DNA from: Patescibacteria group bacterium
GTDB taxonomy: Bacteria; Patescibacteriota; WWE3; UBA101185; UBA10185
Direction of reading: 5' to 3'
NCBI GenBank assembly: GCA_016926555.1
Contig: JAFGOI010000008.1
Span: forward strand, 12,821-76,820
DNA: 64,000 bases
Positions 28,683-36,882 of the stretch are shown here, one piece after another (position 1 is the first letter of the stretch; each line of letters opens with the position of its first letter). The notes beneath the pieces were generated by a model, which saw only the letters and a program-made list of their open reading frames with translations, ran no database searches and was not told where the DNA came from. The translations under genes were made by a program, and so were the position numbers.

Positions 28683-30134
28683 CTACCAGTGAGTATTCGA
28701 GGAGCCCTTTAATCTATAAACTTCAGCCAAAACTAGGCCACCTTGCGTAAACTCTTTCTCTTTCTCGTAGTAATCCTTGTAAACCTTATTAAAGTTGACA
28801 TCCTTAATAAAGAACTCCTGCGGATTATTCACATGAATATAAAATTGAGGCAAAAAGTTGGATCCAGGAGGAGTGTAGTCTATCCCATTTAAATAATACT
28901 GGGCTATTGTGTCATTATCATTTGTGTAAATACCTCTGACACCTTCTTTTGATTCAAAATATTTTCTTAGCTCTCTCCAAGATCGATTATAGGGAAATCC
29001 ATATAAATATAAATGGTATTTGGTCGATATTTTACTATTCCATGGATACCCTGTATTTATTCTCGGCACATAAATAAATAGAGAGTTTACTAAAGTTACG
29101 GAGATTACGAAAACCGCTAAAACATTTGCCAGTTTGAGACCGACACGATCAGAAATTCCTTCGTATATTTCAACAAATGAGTAGCCACACATAATAGTCA
29201 GGGGAATGACGTATATATAAATATGTGTTCCAGGATTAAGAATAACCAATTCATATATAAGAAGGGCGCTGATAAACCAGAATAACTGAAGTTTCATACA
29301 TTTTTCTTTTATCTTTATAAAAAACAATACAAATGGAACAAGAAATATATAAAACGCTAGTATTGTGCGGTTGTAAACCAAATACGTATACAAGGAGTTA
29401 TTGAGCGAAAAATCTCCACCCGTCATCCTCCGCAATACATAATTAACCGTGTTATCCTCAAAATAGCCGCCGGTATAATAAGGTATATAGAAAACCGATG
29501 CTACAAGTAAAAAGGGTGCAACAAAATATACAAGAATAGGTATAAACTTCAACTTGTTTCTAATTACTAAATAAAATATCGGTATTAGAAAAAATACAGC
29601 ATCATAATGGCAGAGTAGGGAAGCGCTGAAAGATATAGCCGATAATAACAGTAGAACACAATTTTCCTTCTTTTTACACTGATTAACATACTTAACAAAA
29701 AGCAGAATACCCGATAGACCAAATAATATGAGTATGCTCTGGTACTGAATAGTTCGTGAAAACGCTATAAAAAAGCCACTCACCGAAAATAAATATGCAG
29801 CCGCTATTCCCGTTTTCCATCCGTAGAGACTTTTCACAAGAAGATACAAAACAAAAACAGATATCACCCCCGCAATTCCAAAAGGTATCCTAGTCCATAA
29901 TTCATGATAACCTCCAATAATTTTCTCGGTAAACCAAACCACAAGAAACTGCATCGGCCCCTTTCGCTGATCTAACAGAAATTCTTTCGCGGGAATTGTT
30001 TTATCCTGATAAAAAGTTTTTGTCTCATCCCCATAGAAATCCGAATATCCAAGAAACAATAAGCGGAGTAACACAGTAACAACAGCCAGAAAAATCAGCA
30101 ATTCTTTTTCATGTTTCTTGAACGAGAGCTTCAT
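28683..30134 (-). CDS. GT-C fold membrane glycosyltransferase (ArnT-like).
   Basis: Polytopic, with the RKGPMQFLV motif. Paralog of 26279-27766. Confidence 0.55.
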   Translation of the reverse strand: MKLSFKKHEKELLIFLAVVTVLLRLLFLGYSDFYGDETKTFYQDKTIPAKEFLLDQRKGPMQFLVVWFTEKIIGGYHELWTRIPFGIAGVISVFVLYLLVKSLYGWKTGIAAAYLFSVSGFFIAFSRTIQYQSILILFGLSGILLFVKYVNQCKKKENCVLLLLSAISFSASLLCHYDAVFFLIPIFYLVIRNKLKFIPILVYFVAPFLLVASVFYIPYYTGGYFEDNTVNYVLRRMTGGDFSLNNSLYTYLVYNRTILAFYIFLVPFVLFFIKIKEKCMKLQLFWFISALLIYELVILNPGTHIYIYVIPLTIMCGYSFVEIYEGISDRVGLKLANVLAVFVISVTLVNSLFIYVPRINTGYPWNSKISTKYHLYLYGFPYNRSWRELRKYFESKEGVRGIYTNDNDTIAQYYLNGIDYTPPGSNFLPQFYIHVNNPQEFFIKDVNFNKVYKDYYEKEKEFTQGGLVLAEVYRLKGSSNTHW

Positions 30135-31078
30135 TGCGTCTGTAGATCAGAAATATACTTTTCTGCGTCAAGCGCGGCCATACAGCCAAAACCTGCGGCC
30201 GAGACAGCTTGTCTGTACTTATAATCTGCGACATCCCCAGCAACAAAAACACCCCCCACAGAGGTTTTCGTACCTTCATGCACAATCACATAGCCTTTTC
30301 TATCCAAATCCAAAAAACCTTGTAAAAAGTCCGTATTTGGTTTATGCCCAATTGCTATAAATAAACCTTTTACGCCATCCAGCTTTGTATCCTCTCTTTT
30401 AATATTGTCATGTAGGATCAATCCTTCTACAACCTTTTCTCCAAGAATCTCTTTTACTTCGGTATTGAACAGGAATTCTATCTTCCTAGTTCGAAAAGCC
30501 TTATCCTGCATTATTTTACTTGCTCTTAGATTCTCCTTATCTCTTCTGACGAGAACATATACTTTTGGACTAAACTTCGATAGAAACAACGCCTCTTCCA
30601 TTGCGGCATCTCCGCCGCCCACTACCGCAGTAACTTTATCCTTAAAAAAGGGGCCGTCACACGTTGCACAAACTGAAACTCCTCTGCCTTTTAACCTCTC
30701 TTCACTTTCCAAACCCAACCATTTCGCCGAAGCCCCCGTTGCAATAATTAAAGCCTTTGCTTCCAACACACTTCCGTTTTCCAGAACTGCTTTAAAAGAA
30801 TCTTCTCCCGTTTTTTCAACATAATCTACATCGTAATCCATAAATTCAGCTCCAAATTTTTCTGCTTGAGAACGCATTCGTTCAATCAATTCAGGCCCTT
30901 TTACACCCTTGGGAAACCCAGGAAAATTTTCAACATCTGTAGTAATCATTAATTGCCCACCAGAAGTACTCCCGGAAACGACACACGTAGAGAGAAACCC
31001 TCTAGATGTATAAATTGCTGCCGTCAAACCCGCGCAACCCCCTCCCACTATCACAATTTCAAAACTTGTATTAGACAT
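30131..31078 (-). CDS. trxB: Thioredoxin-disulfide reductase.
   Basis: FAD motif IVIVGGGCAGLTAA, redox-active CATC (CATCDG), and NADPH motif VVGGGDAAMEEA. Confidence 0.9.
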   Translation of the reverse strand: MSNTSFEIVIVGGGCAGLTAAIYTSRGFLSTCVVSGSTSGGQLMITTDVENFPGFPKGVKGPELIERMRSQAEKFGAEFMDYDVDYVEKTGEDSFKAVLENGSVLEAKALIIATGASAKWLGLESEERLKGRGVSVCATCDGPFFKDKVTAVVGGGDAAMEEALFLSKFSPKVYVLVRRDKENLRASKIMQDKAFRTRKIEFLFNTEVKEILGEKVVEGLILHDNIKREDTKLDGVKGLFIAIGHKPNTDFLQGFLDLDRKGYVIVHEGTKTSVGGVFVAGDVADYKYRQAVSAAGFGCMAALDAEKYISDLQTQ

Positions 31079-31129
31079 AAGACCAGTATACTATATTTAC
31101 ACCGCAACAAGATTATGCATAATTAATTT

Positions 31130-31372
31130 ATGTCCAACAAAAGAAAAAAAACTCATACAAATAATAAAAAAAATGATGGCACAGATACTATAGTCACAGG
31201 AGGTGATGAAGTAACAGAAGAAGAAAATATAAGAGAAGAACTTGATCCTGATATTGCTAAAGCACTTAATGTGAAACCCAAGAAAAACAATACCGTAATA
31301 GAAATAGACTATATACCAGAAACAGACCTCACTGGAGTTGGACTAGACGAATATCCTGAGGATGAAATATAA
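31130..31372 (+). CDS. Hypothetical small acidic protein (80 aa).
   Basis: ORF only. Confidence 0.3.
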   Translation: MSNKRKKTHTNNKKNDGTDTIVTGGDEVTEEENIREELDPDIAKALNVKPKKNNTVIEIDYIPETDLTGVGLDEYPEDEI

Positions 31373-31834
31373 ATGGCAACACTGCTACTTAAGATAAATG
31401 GTTATTACGCTTTAAATAAAACCCTATTCCCGCCAAATTTATATATATATGATGATCTAGTAGTATATAAAAAGAGGAAATTTTTTTTCTGGGGTGACGA
31501 AATAACATATTCCTATAACCAAATAGCACAGGTTTCACTAAAAACAGGTCTTCTGTTTTCTCATTTGGAACTCTCTACAACGGGAAAGGACGAAATAACA
31601 GTTAAGTATGTTTTTAAGTGGAAAGCAAAATTAGCAAAGAAAATCATAGACCAGAAAATATACCATGCTCACGCCAAAATGCATCCTCATAAAGACACCA
31701 GTACGGAAAACTATAAGAATATGACATCTTTTGAAAAGGCGCTAAGCCGGCTCGAGGAACTTGCTCTGCGCGGGAAAATCTCAAAATCTTTCTACAAAAA
31801 GAAGAAAAATGAGCTTTTGAAAAAAATAGGGTAA
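31373..31834 (+). CDS. Bacterial PH-domain-like protein with a C-terminal SHOCT-like motif.
   Basis: The C-terminus LEELALRGKISKSFYKKKKNELL resembles SHOCT. The N-terminal region resembles bPH_2. Confidence 0.4.
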   Translation: MATLLLKINGYYALNKTLFPPNLYIYDDLVVYKKRKFFFWGDEITYSYNQIAQVSLKTGLLFSHLELSTTGKDEITVKYVFKWKAKLAKKIIDQKIYHAHAKMHPHKDTSTENYKNMTSFEKALSRLEELALRGKISKSFYKKKKNELLKKIG

Positions 31835-31848
31835 AATATACTATATAT

Positions 31849-31924
31849 GCGGCGGTAGTTCAGTTGGTAGAACGTCTCCCTTCCAAGGAGAAGGTCGCCG
31901 GTTCGAGCCCGGTTCGCCGCTCCA
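31849..31924 (+). tRNA. tRNA-Gly (anticodon TCC).
   Basis: Cloverleaf read by eye: acceptor GCGGCGG/CCGCCGC, anticodon loop CTTCCAA, T-loop GGTTCGAGCC, CCA encoded. Confidence 0.85.
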
Positions 31925-31952
31925 AATTCATTCAACACATGGTCACTTATTT

Positions 31953-32750
31953 ATGTCTTCTTCTTTAACCGAAAAAAACGAAAAATTTAAGGGATATAAA
32001 TATCAATATCTTGATTCCATAACCGGCGAACATATTATTTTGGCTATACACGGCTTGGCCGGAAGCAAGGAAAGCATGTCTGAATTAATTGAAACGAAGG
32101 ACAATTTCAGATACATATTTATAGACTTACCGGGCCATGGAAATTTGGAAACTCAAGGTATAACTTGTTTACTCGATTTCGCAAAGTATATCGAGTCATT
32201 TCTTACCTTTAAAAATATAAGCAGGATCGGGATAATAGGATTTTCTCTTGGCGGATTGGTCGCTTTAAAGACTATTCAGCTAATCGAAAGCTCTACCCAA
32301 ACGTATGGGATAATATGGGCTGCTCCTTTAAACCTTAAACACAACTTCCTTAGATTTAACTCTAAGCTTAGTATTTGGCTAACTAAAATATTGCCGATGT
32401 TCGTATACCGTAAACTTTATAAATCTTTTCTACCGGATCTGCTATTAAAAACGGGTGCAATATCTCTGTCAAAGCGGGAAAATGAAGCTCTCGGGCAGTA
32501 TGATAGCAAATTAATCAATAAAGCGCCTACCATATTTAAGGAAAAAACCTATACAAACGTTAAATCCCCACTCTTATATATTTTTGGTACAAATGATAGT
32601 TTAGTAAAAGAAAAATATCTTGATGAGTTACAGCTTACTAATGAACACCAGAAGATAGAAATAATAGAGAGTGGGGGACATTTTCCATCAAGAGAAGGTC
32701 TACATAGTGCTAACTTAGCTATGCAAAAGTTTTTTGGCTCGTATTTATAG
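31953..32750 (+). CDS. Alpha/beta-fold hydrolase.
   Basis: HGLAGS oxyanion region and nucleophile elbow GFSLGG. Confidence 0.7.
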   Translation: MSSSLTEKNEKFKGYKYQYLDSITGEHIILAIHGLAGSKESMSELIETKDNFRYIFIDLPGHGNLETQGITCLLDFAKYIESFLTFKNISRIGIIGFSLGGLVALKTIQLIESSTQTYGIIWAAPLNLKHNFLRFNSKLSIWLTKILPMFVYRKLYKSFLPDLLLKTGAISLSKRENEALGQYDSKLINKAPTIFKEKTYTNVKSPLLYIFGTNDSLVKEKYLDELQLTNEHQKIEIIESGGHFPSREGLHSANLAMQKFFGSYL

Positions 32751-32811
32751 CTTATCTACAGTTATAATTACTTCCTAAATAACCTAAAAAAGGTTAAAAT
32801 AGCTGTGTCCT

Positions 32812-32887
32812 GCGCCCGTAGCTCAGCGGATAGAGCAGTTCCCTTCTAAGGAAAAGGTCGGGGGTTCAATTCCCTCCGGGCGCGCCA
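32812..32887 (+). tRNA. tRNA-Arg (anticodon TCT).
   Basis: Acceptor GCGCCCG/CGGGCGC, anticodon loop CTTCTAA, T-loop GGTTCAATTCC, CCA encoded. Confidence 0.8.
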
Positions 32888-32934
32888 AAAAAACTTGTCA
32901 CCATTTATTAGCTAAACGTATAATCTTTTTACAC

Positions 32935-33020
32935 GCCCGGGTGGTGGAATGGCAGACACGAGAGACTTAAAATCTCTTGTCCTTTTGGACGTGTGGGTTC
33001 GACTCCCACCCCGGGCACCA
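32935..33020 (+). tRNA. tRNA-Leu (anticodon TAA), with a long variable arm.
   Basis: Acceptor GCCCGGG/CCCGGGC, anticodon loop CTTAAAA, long variable arm, T-loop GGTTCGACTCC, CCA encoded. Confidence 0.8.
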
Positions 33021-33038
33021 CAAATATATCTCCTAACT

Positions 33039-33311
33039 ATGGAGAATAAATGGCATCACTTAAAAGATATACTCACTCAGCACACATCAAAATCCCGCAG
33101 ACCGGACTACATCACACACGCAGAGACCACTCTAGATTGGCCACTAAAACTTGAACCAAATGCGACTTGGGAAATGGAGTTAGCGGCATTTGCGCATGAT
33201 ATCGAAAGGTGCTGGTTTGACAAGATGGCACACATAGAGAACGAACAATATATTGATTATAAAATCAGACATTCGCAAAGAAGCGCTAGATTCAGAGTTA
33301 TAAACAGGTGA
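33039..33311 (+). CDS. Short HD-motif protein (90 aa). Possibly a truncated HD-domain phosphohydrolase fragment.
   Basis: AFAHDIER motif. Start trimmed to the ATG at 33039 because the track ORF beginning at 32949 overlaps tRNA-Leu. Confidence 0.3.
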   Translation: MENKWHHLKDILTQHTSKSRRPDYITHAETTLDWPLKLEPNATWEMELAAFAHDIERCWFDKMAHIENEQYIDYKIRHSQRSARFRVINR

Positions 33312-33386
33312 GAATTATTGGTACAACCTCTCACGCACAATCGAGTAATCGATTCCAGTCCACTTTTTAATTACCCAATTTTTAAA

Positions 33387-34550
33387 TCAATACCTAATAA
33401 ATTTATGAGTATATGAGGTCGACGTAAGCTCTCCTTCAATTAATTCTTTATATTTTTCCTGTAGATCTTTCAGTGGTATACCGCTTGCCTCTGAGTAAGC
33501 TTTAAAGAAAGTATTTAGTGAATTTACAGCTATTCCACGGGCCATTTCGTGCGCAGTAGTTTCTTCTAAAATATTATTATCAACACAAAAAGTTTGAAAC
33601 GCATGAGTATACAGTTCGGGTATTGACATTACTGTTTGTGATAAATCACAATGGACATCTTCAAGTGTGAAATCTTTAGATTGTAATGGTTTTGCACCTT
33701 CCAAATCAACCAATTCTCCAGTTAGAGTCCAGTTATGAGTTGTAGGATATTTATGAAAGTAACCCGTACCATGAAATCTTGCTAAGTAATTACCCATAAG
33801 TGCGGGAAGATCCTGAGTATAATATTTATAAAATCCCTCCGGAGTAGGTTCAAAGTCAACTCCACGATAATTGTCCATAAAGTACGTTGATAAATTATGC
33901 ATTAACCTTTGTGCTTCAGAAGAATCTATGTCTTTTATAATTTGCGGTGTATCTCTGAGTCTTTCCTGAAATGGAACTATTCTTATGATCTCGTAGTATT
34001 GAACTCTTTCTAAATATACATCTACTTCTTCTTCAGTAAAATCCAGTGTTTGTTTCTCACTGTCTGATCCGAAATATTCTTCCTTTAGGCGTTTTTTTAA
34101 TTCTTCTATAGTTAGTTTTTCACCATCTATATTCATTTTGGACAGTTTTTTTGCAACTACCATTGTCTCGGTCGGCAAACCAGCTGCCCTAACTGACTCT
34201 GATATTTTTTGAAGACGTTCAAGTTTAGAATCATCTGATACATGATATAAGTAATGAGTGCGAAGATGCCCGTAATCCGGATCTCTTTCTAAATAAGGAG
34301 ACTTGCCTTCCGGAACACTTCCTTTCAAAGAGACTGCCGTAAACCTATTACCATGCTCATCCGCCCAAAGAACATTACCATCAATTATCTCACTGCCAAG
34401 AGACCTCATATGATGTTCAGAAACACGGTAGGTATCCATTATCTTTTCGGGTAATTTAAATGGCACACCGGGTGTTCTGAAAAATATACAGTCACTCTCT
34501 GTTGGCACAGGATCGACCTTTTCGTAATTTTCGACTACTCCTAACGCCAT
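33387..34550 (-). CDS. Hypothetical protein (387 aa).
   Basis: Long ORF. No motif recognised. Confidence 0.5.
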   Translation of the reverse strand: MALGVVENYEKVDPVPTESDCIFFRTPGVPFKLPEKIMDTYRVSEHHMRSLGSEIIDGNVLWADEHGNRFTAVSLKGSVPEGKSPYLERDPDYGHLRTHYLYHVSDDSKLERLQKISESVRAAGLPTETMVVAKKLSKMNIDGEKLTIEELKKRLKEEYFGSDSEKQTLDFTEEEVDVYLERVQYYEIIRIVPFQERLRDTPQIIKDIDSSEAQRLMHNLSTYFMDNYRGVDFEPTPEGFYKYYTQDLPALMGNYLARFHGTGYFHKYPTTHNWTLTGELVDLEGAKPLQSKDFTLEDVHCDLSQTVMSIPELYTHAFQTFCVDNNILEETTAHEMARGIAVNSLNTFFKAYSEASGIPLKDLQEKYKELIEGELTSTSYTHKFIRY

Positions 34551-34609
34551 AAAGTTATTTTAAATTAATTTACAGTTATAAGCTATAAATCTGTTTTGAA
34601 AATTATCTC

Positions 34610-34706
34610 TTGACAACCCATACAATTTTTAGTAAATTGATCTTCGTCTCAATAGGAATTTATTCCTATTGAGACACTGAAGAAACCACCTAACGGTGGT
34701 TTTTTC
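34610..34706 (+). ncRNA. Putative small leader RNA or attenuator: a promoter-like TTGACA-17 bp-TAAATT, then a perfect 12-bp hairpin (34646-34675), then an intrinsic-terminator hairpin AAACCACC-TAAC-GGTGGTTT with a T-run (34684-34706).
   Basis: All elements read directly from the sequence. Located in a divergent intergenic region immediately upstream of the CDS at 34745. Confidence 0.4.
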
Positions 34707-34744
34707 ATTTACTGATTAAAATAGTGTAAAATAACATAGCTAAA

Positions 34745-35152
34745 ATGAAAGTATATATCGGTTATAAATATACAAACGTTGAAGACAAAAATTCCCTTAA
34801 AAAAGGCCTTGAAGAGGTCTCTGATATTATTTCTGATTTGGGACACACTACATTTTTATTAGGCAGAGACAAGAAAAACTGGAGCAGCAGCAGATTTCCG
34901 CTATGGAAAACTATTCCTTACATCTTCATAAACCTGATTAACTCGGAGCTACTTTTTGCATATATTGTAAATGATGAAAAAAGCTATGGATTATCATTTG
35001 AACTCGCACTTGCTAAGTTGATGAAGAAGAAAATTATTGTAGCCTTGACTAACAAAAATCTATCATGCGAATTCGAAAAAAGAATGGCGGATCAAATAGT
35101 GGAACTTAGTAGTTTTAGCGAATTGAAAGAATATCTCGCCCGCGAACTATAG
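34745..35152 (+). CDS. Nucleoside 2-deoxyribosyltransferase-like (PF05014-like) small protein.
   Basis: MKVYIGYKY N-terminus (NDT-like KIYxAGP pattern) and C-terminal YGLSFELALAKLMKKKIIVAL resembling the conserved catalytic Glu region (DxGTxFEiGyA). Confidence 0.4.
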   Translation: MKVYIGYKYTNVEDKNSLKKGLEEVSDIISDLGHTTFLLGRDKKNWSSSRFPLWKTIPYIFINLINSELLFAYIVNDEKSYGLSFELALAKLMKKKIIVALTNKNLSCEFEKRMADQIVELSSFSELKEYLAREL

Positions 35153-35213
35153 AGTCTCAAACACTTAACTCTCATCGTAACGTAAGCCAATTGACTGTGC
35201 TATCATCATACTG

Positions 35214-35900
35214 ATGAAAGATAAATTGATATATTACTTGACAGGTTGCATTTTTCTTCTCGTAGCCCTCGGTGTTGGGATCAATATCAAACAGCAGTTT
35301 GAAGTAGATTACTCAAAAATCCCAAATAAGGTTGAGGAAAACAGTGGCTTTCAAAGATGGATAACGAACTTGAAAAATAAAGATATAGAAATTGAAGCAG
35401 ACGAATTTAGACTAATTGAAGAAAACGAAATATATAATACAAAATGGATGCAGGTATTTTCTATCGACCAAGATGGAAAAAAAGAAGAGTTTGAGAACAA
35501 CCTGTTAAAACATAGAGATATTAAAAAAGTAATATTTTCGCCCAGTGATAGGGAATACATTGACTATAGATACGAATATAGGGATGGCTACGCGCCAAAC
35601 GAAGTCCATTTCTACGGCCTCAAAGAAGATAAAATTATAGACGCTAGAATTCTTGACTGCTCCACAAGGGCCAATTGCTACTTTGATAGAGCCTATTTTT
35701 TGGACAATAATGTTTTTGTGATATCTGAGATATCCCGAAACATACACAAACACGATGAAACCTCGCCATTTTGCTCCCAAAGCGAAACGTGCACATACAC
35801 TTTCAAGATTCACGTTATAGATCTCATTAATAACTCGAGGTATGTTTACGAATCAAAACCACTTGAACTAATCATGGAAGAAGTAAGACCGGAACTATAA
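35214..35900 (+). CDS. Hypothetical membrane-anchored protein (228 aa).
   Basis: N-terminal transmembrane segment, Cys-containing C-terminal domain. No recognisable motif. Confidence 0.4.
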   Translation: MKDKLIYYLTGCIFLLVALGVGINIKQQFEVDYSKIPNKVEENSGFQRWITNLKNKDIEIEADEFRLIEENEIYNTKWMQVFSIDQDGKKEEFENNLLKHRDIKKVIFSPSDREYIDYRYEYRDGYAPNEVHFYGLKEDKIIDARILDCSTRANCYFDRAYFLDNNVFVISEISRNIHKHDETSPFCSQSETCTYTFKIHVIDLINNSRYVYESKPLELIMEEVRPEL

Positions 35901-35945
35901 TCCATCTTTTATGCCACATTCTATTATGTTACTATTCTATTAGAA

Positions 35946-36371
35946 ATGACTATACCAAAAAGATTAGTAAAAAGTAAAAAAGACAGAGTTTTCGCAGGAG
36001 TATGTTCAGGACTTGCTCATTATCTGGATATTGATCCGTTAGTAGTCAGAATCGTGTTTGTATTACTCGCTATTTTCGGAGGAAGTGGATTAGTAATATA
36101 CATCATTTTATGGCTGTTTGTGCCCGGCGAGAATCAAGAATCAAACGCCACTCAAGAAGAGATACTGAAAGACAATCTTGATGATATACAGGACAGAGTC
36201 AACGATTTCACAAAGAAATTTGAGAGGGTTGATAAAAAGTACCTTCCTGGTGCCATATTTATCTTTTTTGGCTTGCTAATTCTACTCAAGAACATTGGCA
36301 TATTAAACGCGGGATATGTAGTACCTCTAATTCTTTTTGCATTTGGGTTTTATCTAATACTTAGACAATAG
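35946..36371 (+). CDS. PspC-domain membrane protein.
   Basis: RVFAGVCSGLAHYLDIDPLVVRIVFVLLAIFGGSGLVIYIILWLFVP is the canonical PspC domain. Confidence 0.8.
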   Translation: MTIPKRLVKSKKDRVFAGVCSGLAHYLDIDPLVVRIVFVLLAIFGGSGLVIYIILWLFVPGENQESNATQEEILKDNLDDIQDRVNDFTKKFERVDKKYLPGAIFIFFGLLILLKNIGILNAGYVVPLILFAFGFYLILRQ

Positions 36372-36388
36372 TTATCAGTAGTTATCAG

Positions 36389-36844
36389 TTATCTGCTAAT
36401 TTCAATTGTTTCACCTAGTTCAGCTAATAAAGAGTGCACTGTTATTTTTCCATACTGAGTCCTTGATATTTCATATCCGGTTCCGTTGAATGTTTTATCT
36501 TGAGGATCCACAGGGATTAGGGTCAGATACTGCTCATTTTTTAGTAAAACGGACAAATCGACGTACCCGGTACAATCAACTGCATGTTCTTTGCATATTT
36601 CCTTGGGTTCTTGAGTAATAGAAAGCGGCAGATCTCCATTTTGCGCCTGATAACTCTTTACTCCGAGTGCGATCATGTGAATATCAATTCTTCTTCTTGT
36701 ATTCCTGGCCCGAGCTATTTGTCTATAGGGCTTAATCACTGAAACAACAACAACAGCTAAAATACCTAATATAATCACTACAAGTATTATTTCGACAAGT
36801 GTAAATCCCACCTTGGTACCAAATTCCTTTTTACCAAGAAGCAT
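36389..36844 (-). CDS. Type IV pilin / pseudopilin (prepilin-type N-terminal cleavage/methylation domain).
   Basis: KVGFTLVEIILVVIILGILA class III signal (G/FTLVE). Confidence 0.75.
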   Translation of the reverse strand: MLLGKKEFGTKVGFTLVEIILVVIILGILAVVVVSVIKPYRQIARARNTRRRIDIHMIALGVKSYQAQNGDLPLSITQEPKEICKEHAVDCTGYVDLSVLLKNEQYLTLIPVDPQDKTFNGTGYEISRTQYGKITVHSLLAELGETIEISR

Positions 36845-36882
36845 ATGTTCATTTTATCACGGTATAATCCTGTACTTTGCAA

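Noticed and set aside
32949-33038. Upstream part of track ORF 32949-33311.
   Set aside because: It overlaps tRNA-Leu(TAA). The CDS was trimmed to the ATG at 33039.
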